Part shown: in pieces, positions 15,590 to 24,908 of the stretch
How the letters are laid out: every line of letters begins with the position of its first letter
How positions within the stretch are numbered: the stretch's first letter is position 1
Source of the DNA: Delftia acidovorans NBRC 14950
Lineage (GTDB): Bacteria > Pseudomonadota > Gammaproteobacteria > Burkholderiales > Burkholderiaceae_C
Reading direction: 5' to 3'
Length of the DNA stretch: 32,000 nt
Assembly: GCF_001598795.1 (NCBI RefSeq)
Contig: NZ_BCZP01000025.1
Span: forward strand, 48,595 to 80,594
Position numbers and translations under genes: made by a program
Notes under the pieces: model-generated
What the model saw: the letters and a program-made list of their open reading frames with translations, nothing else
Database searches by the model: none
Told to the model about the DNA's origin: nothing

Positions 15590-16648
15590 TCAGGGGTTGG
15601 CGTTGAGGTTGGGGTTGGCGCAGGCGCCGTCCATACCCGCCATCTCCGCCAGCTTCTGCATGCGCGAGCGCTGGTCCAGGCAGGCCTGGTGCTGGGCTTC
15701 GGCCGCCTTTTGCTGCGCCAGCTTCGCGGCCTTGGCGCGCTCGGCCTGCAGTTGGACGATGCGCTCGCGGATCTGGGGCATGGCGGCCACGGCGGCCTTC
15801 TCGCCTTCAAGAATGGCGCTGGCGCGCTGGGTGAAGTCGGCCGGGCCGATGTCCAGCACCTTGGGGCGGATGGTGATGTCGGCGCGGGCCAGCTCGGCCT
15901 GGCCCAGCTTCTGGCCCATGATGGCAATGGACTGGCCCAGTGCGCCCAGCATGTTCTCGGGCGCCTTGCCACGGGCCTTGTTGGAGATGTCCACGGCAAT
16001 CACCAGGTCGGCGCCCAGCTGGCGCGCGGCGTCCACGGGCACGGGGCTGGTGATGCCGCCATCGACGAAGTGGAACTTGCCGATGGCCACGGGCTGGAAC
16101 ACACCCGGAATGCTGCTGGAGGCACGCACCGCCTGCCCCGTATTGCCGCGCGCGAACACGGTGCGCTCGCCGTCTTCCAGCCGCGTGGACAAGGCCACGA
16201 AGGGCTTGGCCAGCTGCTCCAGCGGCTTGCGGCCCACCTGTTCGTTCACATAGTCTTCCAGCTTCTGCCCCACCAGCAGGCCGCCCGAGGACAGCTGGAG
16301 GTCGCGGATCCTGGTCTCATCCAGCGCCACGGCCTTTTCCTGCAGCTCGAAGGCGTTCATGCCGCTCGCATACAGCGCCCCCACCACGCTGCCCGCGCTG
16401 GTGCCGGACACCACCGCAGGCGCAAGGCCATTGGCTTCCAGCATCTTGATGACGCCGATATGGGCAAAGCCCTTCACGGCCCCGCCGCCCAGGGCCAGAC
16501 CGATCCTGATGGGCGCCACGGGCGTGCCCGGCGCGGTGGGCGTGGACTCGGGCGTGGCCGCCGAGGGGCTGGGCGGGTTGCTGCCGCAAGCGGCCAGCCC
16601 CGCCAGGCTCAGGTACACCAGTGGACGCAAAAGGGCTTGGAGGCGCAT
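15590..16648 (-). CDS. Patatin-like phospholipase, lipoprotein (RssA/YchK-like)
   Basis: 352 aa. Lipobox LSLAGLAAC, oxyanion GLALGGGAVKGFAHIGV, nucleophile GTSAGS, and catalytic DGG (FVDGGITSP). The C-terminal tail is Ala/Lys/Gln-rich and coiled-coil-like. Confidence 0.85.
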   Translation of the reverse strand: MRLQALLRPLVYLSLAGLAACGSNPPSPSAATPESTPTAPGTPVAPIRIGLALGGGAVKGFAHIGVIKMLEANGLAPAVVSGTSAGSVVGALYASGMNAFELQEKAVALDETRIRDLQLSSGGLLVGQKLEDYVNEQVGRKPLEQLAKPFVALSTRLEDGERTVFARGNTGQAVRASSSIPGVFQPVAIGKFHFVDGGITSPVPVDAARQLGADLVIAVDISNKARGKAPENMLGALGQSIAIMGQKLGQAELARADITIRPKVLDIGPADFTQRASAILEGEKAAVAAMPQIRERIVQLQAERAKAAKLAQQKAAEAQHQACLDQRSRMQKLAEMAGMDGACANPNLNANP

Positions 16649-16723
16649 GCCAGGGATCCTGCTGTCGGATGACGAGATTCGGGGCGGGCAGTATAGCGGC
16701 AGGGGCCTGACCGCCGCAGGCCC

Positions 16724-17626
16724 TCAGGCTCTGGGCTTCAGCAAGCCGCCCATCCCCTGCACAGCCTCCCGCAAAAACCCCCAGACCGCCTCAATGCGCT
16801 GAACCTGCCGGGCATCCGAGGGCATGCTCATCCAGAAGGTGCGGGTGAAGCAGGCCTCGGCGGGCAGGACGCGGCTGAGCACGGGGTCGCGGTCGGCGAT
16901 GAAGGCAGGCAGCACGGCCAAGCCGGCGCCTGCGCGCACGGCCTCATACTGGGCAGTGATGCTGGTGCTGCGAAAGGCAAATCGCTCGGGCTGGAACAGG
17001 GTGGACAGCAGCTGCAGCTCGCGCGTGAACAGCAGGTCGTCCACATAGTGGATGAAGCTGTGGTGGCGCAGGTCCTCGGTGCGCGCCACCAGGGGGCGGC
17101 GCGCAAGGTATTCGCGCTGGCCGTAGAGGAACAGCCGGTAGTCGGTGAGCTTGGTGACCACGGCCGAGCCGCGCGTGGGGCGCTCCAGCGAGATGACGAT
17201 GTCGGCCTCGCGCCGCGACAGGTGCAGCAGGCGCGGCAGGGCCAGCAGGTCGATGCTCAGCAGCGGATGGCGCTGCGTCAGCGCGGCCAGCTGCGGGGCC
17301 AGCAGCTGGGTGCCGAAGCCCTCGGTGGCGCCCACGCGCACCAGGCCGGACGGTCCCTGGCTGGTGGATTCCGCCGCCAGCGGCATGCGCTCCAGCCCGG
17401 CGGCGGCGCGCTGCATGGCGTCTGCCACGCCCAGCAGCTGTCGGCCGGCCTCCGTGGGCCGCCATTGGCCCGCTTCACGCTCGAAGAGCACGGCCCCCAG
17501 CTGTTTTTCCAGGGCCTGGATGCGGCGCGACACCGTGGTGTGCTCCACGCCCAGGCGCCGCGCGGCGGCGGCCATGCTGCCGCTGCGCGCCAGCTCGCCA
17601 AAGAATCTCAGGTGGTCCCAGTCCAT
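16724..17626 (-). CDS. LysR-family transcriptional regulator
   Basis: ORF 16724..18379 was trimmed to ATG (CAT 17624-17626), giving 300 aa. MDWDHLRFFGELARSGSMAAAARRLGVEHTTVSRRIQALE is a LysR HTH, followed by a substrate-binding domain. Confidence 0.9.
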   Translation of the reverse strand: MDWDHLRFFGELARSGSMAAAARRLGVEHTTVSRRIQALEKQLGAVLFEREAGQWRPTEAGRQLLGVADAMQRAAAGLERMPLAAESTSQGPSGLVRVGATEGFGTQLLAPQLAALTQRHPLLSIDLLALPRLLHLSRREADIVISLERPTRGSAVVTKLTDYRLFLYGQREYLARRPLVARTEDLRHHSFIHYVDDLLFTRELQLLSTLFQPERFAFRSTSITAQYEAVRAGAGLAVLPAFIADRDPVLSRVLPAEACFTRTFWMSMPSDARQVQRIEAVWGFLREAVQGMGGLLKPRA

Positions 17627-17640
17627 GGGTCGAGGCCGCC

Positions 17641-18132
17641 TCAGTCGGCTGCGGCGCGGCGCGCGGCCAGCGTGCTGGGCGCACGCGCCAGGTCGTCGTT
17701 TTGCCGCACCAGGACGGCCATCATGTCCATGAACAGGCCCCGCTGCTCCTGCGGCAGCGGCTCCAGCATGCGCTGCTGGGCCCGCAGCACCGAGGGCTCG
17801 GCAGCGGCCAGCAGCGCGGCGCCTTCTGCGGTGACCGACAGCAGGCGCACTCGCCGGTCGGCCGGGCTGGTGTTGCGCACCATGAGGCCGCGCGCCTCCA
17901 GCCGGTCGATGACGCTGCCGATGGTCGAGGTATCGAAGCCGATCATCCGCGCCAGCGTGCGCTGGTCCACGCCGGGCTGGCGCAGCACGGCCGACAGCGC
18001 CGCGTACTGCACGGGGGTCACGCCGAATTCCTGGGTCTCCTCCATGAAGACGGCTACCGCGATCTGCTGCAGGCGGCGGATGTGGTAGCCGGGGTAGTTT
18101 TCTAGTTCTGCGGGTTGGTAGTCCATGGCCAT
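17641..18132 (-). CDS. MarR-family transcriptional regulator (divergent from the gentisate operon)
   Basis: ORF 17641..18312 was trimmed to ATG (CAT 18130-18132), giving 163 aa. It has GYHIRRLQQ, GVTPVQYAALSAV, DQRTLARMIGFDTSTIGSVIDRLEARGL and DRRVRLLSVT winged-helix motifs. Its stop is 14 nt from the LysR start. Confidence 0.85.
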   Translation of the reverse strand: MAMDYQPAELENYPGYHIRRLQQIAVAVFMEETQEFGVTPVQYAALSAVLRQPGVDQRTLARMIGFDTSTIGSVIDRLEARGLMVRNTSPADRRVRLLSVTAEGAALLAAAEPSVLRAQQRMLEPLPQEQRGLFMDMMAVLVRQNDDLARAPSTLAARRAAAD

Positions 18133-18327
18133 TGCGCTCTTTTCCGGGTCCCTGCGGGCAAGCGCAGATGTTCGCATGAACCGCGCCCTCCGTTGGCGTT
18201 GGCTGGCGGACAGGTGATTCAACCGGACACGCTGTCCACCACCGTTTTGCCTGCATCCAGGGAAACCCCAGGCTGGCCTGATGCAAATCAACACTACACT
18301 CATCGTCAGCATACTGTTTAATTACTC

Positions 18328-18345
18328 GCGACGCAGCTGCCTCGC
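18328..18345. promoter_or_regulatory. Imperfect 18-bp palindrome, candidate operator upstream of the hydroxylase gene
   Basis: GCGACGCAGCTGCCTCGC is symmetric about CAGCTG with one mismatched pair, 37 nt upstream of ATG 18382. It sits next to the only AT-rich stretch (CATACTGTTTAATTAC) of the divergent MarR/hydroxylase region. Confidence 0.3.
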
Positions 18346-18381
18346 AGGCGGGCGACACGCACCACGAAGCACAGGACATCC

Positions 18382-19590
18382 ATGAGCACCAGCATTTCTT
18401 CCCGGGCGCTGCCCGTTCTTGTGGCAGGCGGCGGCATTGGCGGCGTGGCGGCCGCGCTGGCCCTGGCGCGCCAGGGATTCGCTGTCAAGGTGCTGGAGCA
18501 GGCGCCGCAGCTGGGCGAGATCGGCGCCGGCATACAGCTGGGGCCCAATGCATTCGCGGCCTTTGATGCGCTGGGCATTGGCGAGCTGGCCCGTGGCCGC
18601 GCGGTCTATACCGACGAGATGGTGATGCACGACGCGCTCGATGAAAGACTGGTCGGCCGCATTCCCACGGGCGAGGCGTTTCGCGCCCGCTTCGGCAACC
18701 CGTATGCGGTGATCCACCGCGCCGACATCCACACCTCGCTGCTCGAAGGCGCGCGCGCCCACGGCCATATCGAGACGCTGACGGGCACCCGCATCGAAGC
18801 CGTGCAGCAGGAGGGCGACACCGTCACCGTGCGCGACCAGCACGGCCAGATCCATGTGGGCCAGGCGCTGATCGGCGCCGATGGCGTGAAGTCCGTGGTG
18901 CGTCAGCAGTACGTGGGCGATGCGGCGCGTGTCTCCGGCCACGTGGTGTACCGCGCCGTGGTGGAGAAGAACGACTTCCCCGAGGACCTGCGCTGGAACG
19001 CGGCCAGCATCTGGGTCGGCCCCAACTACCACCTGGTGCACTACCCGCTGCGCGGCGGCGAGCAGTACAACGTGGTCGTCACCTTCCACAGCCGCGAGCA
19101 GGAGGAATGGGGCGTGCGCGAAGGCAGCCGCCAAGAGGTGCAAAGCTACTACAGCGACTGCTGCCCGCGCGCCCGCCAGCTCATAGACCTGCCCAAAAGC
19201 TGGAAGCGCTGGGCCACGGCCGACCGCGAGCCCATTGGCCAGTGGAGCTTCGGCCGCGCCACCCTGCTGGGCGATGCGGCCCACCCCACGCTGCAGTACA
19301 TCGCCCAGGGCGCCTGCATGGCGCTGGAAGACGCCGTGACGCTGGGCCAGGCGCTCAAGCGCGGCGGCAACGACTGGCCGCAGGCGCTGCGGCTGTACGA
19401 GCGCTCGCGCATCGCCCGCACGGCGCGCGTGGTGCTGTCCGCGCGCGAGATGGGCCGCATCTTCCACGCCAGCGGCGTGGAGCGCCTGGTGCGCAACGAC
19501 CTCTGGAAGGGCCGCACGCCCCAGCGTTTCTACGACGCCATGGAATGGCTGTACGGCTGGAAGGCCGAAACCTGCCTCGCCGAAGACTGA
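18382..19590 (+). CDS. FAD-dependent aromatic hydroxylase, most likely 3-hydroxybenzoate 6-monooxygenase
   Basis: 402 aa. GxGxxG (VLVAGGGIGGVAAALAL), ADGVKS, LLGDAAHP..QY.AQGACMALEDA. It lies directly upstream of gentisate 1,2-dioxygenase, as in known 3-hydroxybenzoate/gentisate clusters. The family call is firm; the substrate is inferred from context. Confidence 0.75.
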   Translation: MSTSISSRALPVLVAGGGIGGVAAALALARQGFAVKVLEQAPQLGEIGAGIQLGPNAFAAFDALGIGELARGRAVYTDEMVMHDALDERLVGRIPTGEAFRARFGNPYAVIHRADIHTSLLEGARAHGHIETLTGTRIEAVQQEGDTVTVRDQHGQIHVGQALIGADGVKSVVRQQYVGDAARVSGHVVYRAVVEKNDFPEDLRWNAASIWVGPNYHLVHYPLRGGEQYNVVVTFHSREQEEWGVREGSRQEVQSYYSDCCPRARQLIDLPKSWKRWATADREPIGQWSFGRATLLGDAAHPTLQYIAQGACMALEDAVTLGQALKRGGNDWPQALRLYERSRIARTARVVLSAREMGRIFHASGVERLVRNDLWKGRTPQRFYDAMEWLYGWKAETCLAED

Positions 19591-19606
19591 ACACAAGGAG
19601 ACCGCC

Positions 19607-20644
19607 ATGCAAGAACTTGGCCGCCTGGAAGACCTGCCCCAGGACTACCGCGACGAACTCACGCGCAACAACCTGGTGCCGCTGTGGCCCAGCCTGCGCA
19701 ACGTGATGCCGCCGCACACGCCGCGCCCGCGCACCCAGCCCATTGCCTGGCCCTACCAGGCCATCCGCCCGCTGCTCATGCAGGCCGGCGAGCTGACGCC
19801 CATCGAAAAGGCCGAGCGCCGCGTGCTGGTGCTGGCCAATCCCGGCCATGGGCTGGAGAAGATGCAGGCCAGCTCCTCCATCTACCTGGGCATGCAGCTG
19901 CTGCTGCCCGGCGAATGGGCGCCCTCGCACCGCCACACGCCCAATGCCGTGCGCATGGTGGTGGAAGGCCAGGGCGCATGGAGCCTGGTCGACGGCGAGA
20001 AATGTCCCATGGAGCGCGGCGACCTGATCCTCACGCCCACGGGCCTGTGGCACGAGCATGGCCACGACGGCGACGAGCCCGTGGTCTGGCTCGATGTGCT
20101 GGACCTGCCCTTGGCCTACTACCTGGAAGTCACCTACCACGTGGACGGCCCGCGCCAGCCCGCCCTGCCCGGCCGTGGCGACCGGGCGTATGCGCGCGGT
20201 GGCCTGGCGCCCACGCAGGTGTTCGCCCGCAGCGCCAAGGCCTACCCCATGCTGCGATACCCCTGGAAGGACGCGCGTGCCGCCCTGCTGGAGCTGGCCG
20301 CCGACCGCCCCGATCTGGACTGCGTGCAGCTGGCCTACACCAACCCCGAAACCGGGGCCGACTGCGAAAACATCCTGGGCTTTTACGCGCTGATGCTGCG
20401 CCCGGGCCAGACGCTGCAGCTGCCCGCGCGCTCGCCGGCCTGCGTGTTCCACGTCATCGAGGGCGGCGCCAGCGTGGCCGCCGTGGACCGCCATTTCGAC
20501 CTGGCCCCGGCCGACACCTGCTGCGTGCCCGGCTGGGCGCCCGCCACGCTGGCCAATGCCAGCGCCAGCGAGCCCGCCTTCCTCTTCCTGGCCGACGAGG
20601 CCCCGCTGCACCGAAAGCTGGGCCTCTACGAGGTCCGGCCTTGA
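19607..20644 (+). CDS. Gentisate 1,2-dioxygenase (bicupin)
   Basis: 345 aa. [17 protein letters not shown], and [23 protein letters not shown]...LWHEHGH (cupin His ligands). AAGGAG Shine-Dalgarno. Pathway context supports the call. Confidence 0.9.
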   Translation: MQELGRLEDLPQDYRDELTRNNLVPLWPSLRNVMPPHTPRPRTQPIAWPYQAIRPLLMQAGELTPIEKAERRVLVLANPGHGLEKMQASSSIYLGMQLLLPGEWAPSHRHTPNAVRMVVEGQGAWSLVDGEKCPMERGDLILTPTGLWHEHGHDGDEPVVWLDVLDLPLAYYLEVTYHVDGPRQPALPGRGDRAYARGGLAPTQVFARSAKAYPMLRYPWKDARAALLELAADRPDLDCVQLAYTNPETGADCENILGFYALMLRPGQTLQLPARSPACVFHVIEGGASVAAVDRHFDLAPADTCCVPGWAPATLANASASEPAFLFLADEAPLHRKLGLYEVRP

Positions 20645-20682
20645 ATCCTCCGATTTCTCTTACCTCCCCCATCGCCAATACC

Positions 20683-21390
20683 ATGACCGCCCCCCAATAC
20701 CTCTGGACCCCGCCCCCCGTCCAATCCCTGCCCGTGCGCGGCAGCACGCAGCGCCTGCCCGTGAACCGCCTGTTCTTCGTGGGCCGCAACTACCACGCCC
20801 ATGCCGTCGAGATGGGTCGCCCGGTGGACAAGAGCGTGGAGCGTCCCTTCTACTTCACCAAGGCCCCCTCCACCCTGACCGAATCGGGTGCCACGGTGGC
20901 CTACCCGCCCGAGACGAACAACTACCACTTCGAGATGGAACTGGTGGTGGCCATCGGCAAGGCGGGCTTTCGCATTGCGGCGGACCAGGCGCATGAACAC
21001 ATCTACGGCTACGCCTGCGGCCTGGACATGACGCGCCGCGACCTGCAGCTGGTGGCGCGCGACAAGGGCCGGCCCTGGGACCTGGGCAAGGATGTGGAGC
21101 AGTCCTCGGTGGCCAGCGAGATCGTGCCCATGCCGGGCCAGGTGATCGAATCCGGCGCCATTGCACTGGCCGTCAATGGCGAGACCAGGCAGCAGTCCGA
21201 CGTGGACAAGCTGATCTGGAACATCCGCGAAATCATTGCCGACCTCTCGCTGTTCTATCACCTGCAACCCGGCGACCTCATCTACACGGGCACGCCCGAG
21301 GGCGTGGGCGCCGTGCTGCCGGGCGACCGCATCACCGGCCATGTGCAGGGCGTGGGCGAGATCGCGCTCACCGTGGGCCAGCCTGAATAA
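20683..21390 (+). CDS. Fumarylpyruvate hydrolase (FAH family)
   Basis: ORF 19684..21390 was trimmed to ATG 20683, giving 235 aa. [54 protein letters not shown] are FAH-fold motifs. Gentisate context supports the call. Confidence 0.85.
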   Translation: MTAPQYLWTPPPVQSLPVRGSTQRLPVNRLFFVGRNYHAHAVEMGRPVDKSVERPFYFTKAPSTLTESGATVAYPPETNNYHFEMELVVAIGKAGFRIAADQAHEHIYGYACGLDMTRRDLQLVARDKGRPWDLGKDVEQSSVASEIVPMPGQVIESGAIALAVNGETRQQSDVDKLIWNIREIIADLSLFYHLQPGDLIYTGTPEGVGAVLPGDRITGHVQGVGEIALTVGQPE

Positions 21391-21409
21391 GACCGAGGAG
21401 ACCACCACC

Positions 21410-22051
21410 ATGAAGCTCTACAGCTTTTTCCGCAGCGGCACCTCGCACCGCCTGCGCATCGCGCTCAACCTCAAGGGCCTGCGCCCTGACTACTTTCCCG
21501 TGGACCTGCGCGTGGACGAGCAGGCCCAGGCGCCGTTCAATCAGGTCAACCCGCAGGGCCTGGTGCCGGCGCTGACGCTGGACAACGGTCGCACGCTGAT
21601 CCAGTCGCCGGCCATCATCGAATGGCTGGAGGAGCGCCACCCCGAGCCGCCGCTGCTGCCCGCCGACCCCGAGGACCGCGCCCAGGTGCGCGCGCTGGCC
21701 GCCATCGTGGGCTGCGACGTGCATCCCATCAACAACCGCCGCATCCTGCAGACCCTGCGCCGCCAGTTCGGTGCGGACGAGGCCGCCATCAACGCCTGGT
21801 GCGCCACCTGGATTGCCGACGGCTTCGACGCCATCGAGGCCCTGTTGACCCGCGACACGCGGCGCGGCGACTTCTGCTTCGGCCACGCACCCACGCTGGC
21901 CGATGTCTACCTCGTGCCCCAGATCGAAAGCGCACGCCGCTTTGGCGTGGACCTGGACCGCTGGCCGCTGATCAGCGCAGTGGACAGGGCCTGCGCCGCC
22001 CTGCCCGCCTTTGCGCAGGCTGCGCCCCTGGCCCAGCCTGACGCCGGTTGA
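21410..22051 (+). CDS. Maleylpyruvate isomerase (zeta-class glutathione S-transferase)
   Basis: ORF 21236..22051 was trimmed to ATG 21410 with GAGGAG upstream, giving 213 aa. MKLYSFFRSGTSHRLRIALNLKG, NPQGLVPAL, QSPAIIEWLEE.HP are GST-zeta motifs. Confidence 0.85.
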   Translation: MKLYSFFRSGTSHRLRIALNLKGLRPDYFPVDLRVDEQAQAPFNQVNPQGLVPALTLDNGRTLIQSPAIIEWLEERHPEPPLLPADPEDRAQVRALAAIVGCDVHPINNRRILQTLRRQFGADEAAINAWCATWIADGFDAIEALLTRDTRRGDFCFGHAPTLADVYLVPQIESARRFGVDLDRWPLISAVDRACAALPAFAQAAPLAQPDAG

Positions 22052-22167
22052 ACTTCGCCTGAACCTCGCCGCGCCTTTGCCGGCAGACCGACCTCGCCCC
22101 GAGTCCTCGCCAGAAGGACCGGGGCATTGCAAGCAGTGAAAAAAGCAGATCCAACAGGAGACAGACT

Positions 22168-23205
22168 GTGAAAGCATCCCCATCCAGCCGCCTCGGCACC
22201 GCCCCCTCCTGCCGCAAGGCCCTTGCAGGCGCAGCCCTGCTGCTGGCCTCCATCGCCCCGCTGCATTGCGCCTGGGCACAGGCAGGCTCCAGCAGCACCG
22301 CCAGCTTTCCCACGCGCCCCGTCACCGTGATCACGGCCTTTGCCGTGGGCAGCGGCCCTGACGCCGTGCTGCGCATCGTGGGAGAAAAGCTTTCCGCCCG
22401 CTGGAAGCAGGGCGTGACCGTGGACAACCGCCCAGGCGGCGGCGGCTTTGTCGCCATCGAAGCCGCACGCCGCGCCAAGCCCGACGGCTACACCCTGCTG
22501 CAGCTCGACAGCGAACATGTCTCCGCCCTGCCCTACCTCTACAAGCAGCGCAACTTCCATCCGCTGCAGCACTTCGACCCGGTGGCGCCGCTGTTCCTCA
22601 CACCCTTCTTCGTCGCCGTGCCCACGAACTCGCCCTGGAAGAGCATGGGCGATCTGATCAAGGCGGCCAAGTCCGAGCCCGGCAAGGTCAGCTACGGCTC
22701 CTGGGGCGTGGGCAGCCCCGGCCATCTGGGCGGTGAATGGCTGGACTTCCTGACCGGCAGCAAGATGACGCATGTGCCCTACCGCGAGGTCAGCCAGCTC
22801 TACACCTCGGTGGCCAATGGCGATCCGGCCTGGAGCTTTGCCAGCATTCCCTCCAGCCAGGGCATCTACAAGTCCGGCAAGATCCGCTACCTGGCCGTGG
22901 CCGCGCCCCTGCGCATCGCCCAGATGCCCGACGTGCCCACCGTGGCCGAGTCGGGCGGCCCCGCCGACCTCATCGTGAACTCCTTCGTCTCCCTGCTGGC
23001 GCCCAAGGGCGTGGACGCCGCCCTGCGCGACAGGATCCATGCCGACGTGGTCGCCGTGCTGCAGGACCCGCAAGTGCGCGAGAAATTCGCCACCTTCGCC
23101 TTCCAGCCCATCACCTGGGAGGTGCCGGAAATGGAGAAATTCGCCAGGACCAAGGCGGACCAGTACAAGCTGCTGATCCAGAAGGCGAACATCAGCCTGG
23201 ATTGA
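22168..23205 (+). CDS. Bug-family (TctC-like) periplasmic solute-binding protein, orphan
   Basis: GTG start with AGGAGA 6 nt upstream and a signal peptide ending CAWAQA. FPTRPVTVITAFAVGSGPD, VDNRPGGGG, PDGYTLL are Bug/TctC signatures. No tctAB genes occur in the window. Confidence 0.85.
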   Translation: MKASPSSRLGTAPSCRKALAGAALLLASIAPLHCAWAQAGSSSTASFPTRPVTVITAFAVGSGPDAVLRIVGEKLSARWKQGVTVDNRPGGGGFVAIEAARRAKPDGYTLLQLDSEHVSALPYLYKQRNFHPLQHFDPVAPLFLTPFFVAVPTNSPWKSMGDLIKAAKSEPGKVSYGSWGVGSPGHLGGEWLDFLTGSKMTHVPYREVSQLYTSVANGDPAWSFASIPSSQGIYKSGKIRYLAVAAPLRIAQMPDVPTVAESGGPADLIVNSFVSLLAPKGVDAALRDRIHADVVAVLQDPQVREKFATFAFQPITWEVPEMEKFARTKADQYKLLIQKANISLD

Positions 23206-23274
23206 GAGCACCGAATAGACAAAGCAACGGGGCGTAGCGCCCTGTCGCCCCCGCACCCCGGCCCCTCCTCCCCA

Positions 23275-23460
23275 TATGCCCGCGCCTGCGTCGTGGCGGT
23301 TGCGAGGTTGCAGTCCTGGCGAAGGACAGGACTGCTTCGTCAACTGACTCGCCGTGATTGTCTGAACGTAGCGCGCAGCGCGAAGTGAGTTTCACGGCGA
23401 ACCCCGCAACCGCCACGACGCAGGTTGCCCCGTAGCGAAGCGAAGGGGACGCGGGCATTT
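23275..23460. repeat. Structured inverted-repeat element (MITE/REP-like), copy A
   Basis: A 25-nt arm CCTGCGTCGTGGCGGTTGCGAGGTT (23285-23309) pairs with 23400-23424 (24/25). An outer 9-bp pair joins ATGCCCGCG (23277-23285) and CGCGGGCAT (23450-23458). Two internal hairpins: GCAGTCCTG/CAGGACTGC (23310-23335) and CGCCGTGA/TCACGGCG (23350-23357 and 23392-23399). The left arm recurs at 31952-32000. Confidence 0.75.
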
Positions 23461-23475
23461 GGGCGCGTTTCTTTG

Positions 23476-23507
23476 CCTCCTTTCTTGTCGCGCGACAAGA
23501 AAGGAGG
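23476..23507. repeat. Perfect 32-nt palindrome
   Basis: CCTCCTTTCTTGTCGC|GCGACAAGAAAGGAGG is a 16-bp perfect self-complement with no loop and no flanking U-tract. It sits between convergent genes. Confidence 0.85.
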
Positions 23508-23619
23508 TCGGCCGCCGGGCCGAAACCCGGCCTCGAAAAACAACCGCCCGGCAGGGACCCAAAAAAGAGTCGGGATGCAATACTGAATACCTGCCAAGCC
23601 AGCTCATTGCCCAACCACT

Positions 23620-24873
23620 TCACCCTTGCGACTGCGGATTCGCAAACCCCGCCACCTGCTCGTAATGGCGGGCAATGGCACGCAGCTCGTCCTGGCTGAT
23701 CAGCTCGTCGATATGGCCGAAGGGCTGGCCGCCACTGAGCTCGTCGGCCTTCATGATGATGAAGTCGGGCGGCGTGGAGCGGTTGGTCAGCACCACCTGG
23801 CTGGTGGCGGGCAGGCGGCTGGCCTCATAGGCGGCCAGCAGCGCCAGCGGGTCGCCTTGCGGATCGGCAGCAAGCAGGTCGGCCAGCACCCGCGCATCGC
23901 GCATGGCCTGGGCCGAGCCGTTGGAGCCGCGCGGATACATGGGGTGGGCGGCATCGCCCAGCAGGGTCACGCGGCCGAAGCTCCACTGGTCCACGGGGTC
24001 CTTGTCCACCATGGGGTACTCGAAGATGGTCTCGGCCGAGCGGATCAGGGCCGGCACATCCAGCCAGTCGAAGCTCCAGCCGCCGAAAATCTCCAGCACA
24101 TCCTCCATGCGCCCGGCGCGATTCCAGTCGTTCATGCGCATCTGCGGGTCGCGGATCTCGGCCACCCAGTTGATGCGCTGCATGCCCTGGCCATCGACGT
24201 TGTCCTCGATGGGATAGATCACCATCTTGCCGGTATCGACCGAGCCGATGCGCAGATAGCTCTTGCCCGTGAGGATGGGCTTGAAGCGCGAGACCCCGCG
24301 CCAGGTGTTGATGCCGCCGAAGGCCAGCTCCTCCTGCGGATAGAACTGGCGCCGCACGGCGGAGTTGACGCCATCGCAGGCCACGACGATGTCGGCCGTG
24401 GCGGACGGCGGCACATGGCCCTGGGCATCCGGCGCGAAATGCACGGTGGCGCCATGGGCCGACTGGTCCACGCGCACGCAGCGGTGGCCCGTGTGCACGG
24501 CACCCGGGCCCAGGCGCTGCACGGCGGCCTCGAAGAGAACGCGGTGCAGGCGGCCCCGGTGTATGCCCAGCTCCGGCAGCTCGTAGCCCGCATGGCGGCC
24601 GCGCGGCTCGCGGTAGACGAACTGGCCGTAGCGGTTGAAGAACACGCTCTCCAGGTTCTCGATCGCCAGGGCCTCCAGCTGCGGCTGCAGGCCCAGGTCG
24701 CTGAGTTCGCGCATGGCATGCGGCAGCAGGGTAATGCCCGCGCCGATCTCGCGGACCTCGGGCACGGCCTCGAAGACTTCGCAGGCAATGCCTCTTTGAT
24801 GCAGGGCCAATGCCAGGCACAGGCCTCCGATGCCGCCCCCCACGATCGCTACTTTCATCCGCTGACTCTCCAT
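23620..24873 (-). CDS. FAD-dependent aromatic-ring monooxygenase (PhzS/salicylate-hydroxylase-like class A flavoprotein)
   Basis: 417 aa. VAIVGGGIGGLCLALAL, ACDGVNSAVR, LLGDAAHPMYPRGSNGSAQAMRDA. GGAGA Shine-Dalgarno. An alternative start exists at 24858 (MKVAIVGGG). Confidence 0.85.
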   Translation of the reverse strand: MESQRMKVAIVGGGIGGLCLALALHQRGIACEVFEAVPEVREIGAGITLLPHAMRELSDLGLQPQLEALAIENLESVFFNRYGQFVYREPRGRHAGYELPELGIHRGRLHRVLFEAAVQRLGPGAVHTGHRCVRVDQSAHGATVHFAPDAQGHVPPSATADIVVACDGVNSAVRRQFYPQEELAFGGINTWRGVSRFKPILTGKSYLRIGSVDTGKMVIYPIEDNVDGQGMQRINWVAEIRDPQMRMNDWNRAGRMEDVLEIFGGWSFDWLDVPALIRSAETIFEYPMVDKDPVDQWSFGRVTLLGDAAHPMYPRGSNGSAQAMRDARVLADLLAADPQGDPLALLAAYEASRLPATSQVVLTNRSTPPDFIIMKADELSGGQPFGHIDELISQDELRAIARHYEQVAGFANPQSQG

Positions 24874-24908
24874 GCTTTCTCCAGGGGCGCTGTTGGCGTC
24901 CGCCCCGC

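Noticed and set aside
18322-23343. Long minus-strand ORFs opposite the gentisate operon (18322..19608, 19355..20611, 20626..21411, 21368..22279, 21907..23343).
   Set aside because: Each lies antisense to a plus-strand gene with clear catalytic motifs and Shine-Dalgarno sites. Their translations are Gly/Ala/Arg/His-rich with no domain signatures.
23476-23507. 32-nt perfect palindrome considered as a classical intrinsic terminator.
   Set aside because: There is no U-tract on either side, so it does not fit the rho-independent model. It is kept only as a structural repeat that may still impede transcription or exonucleases.
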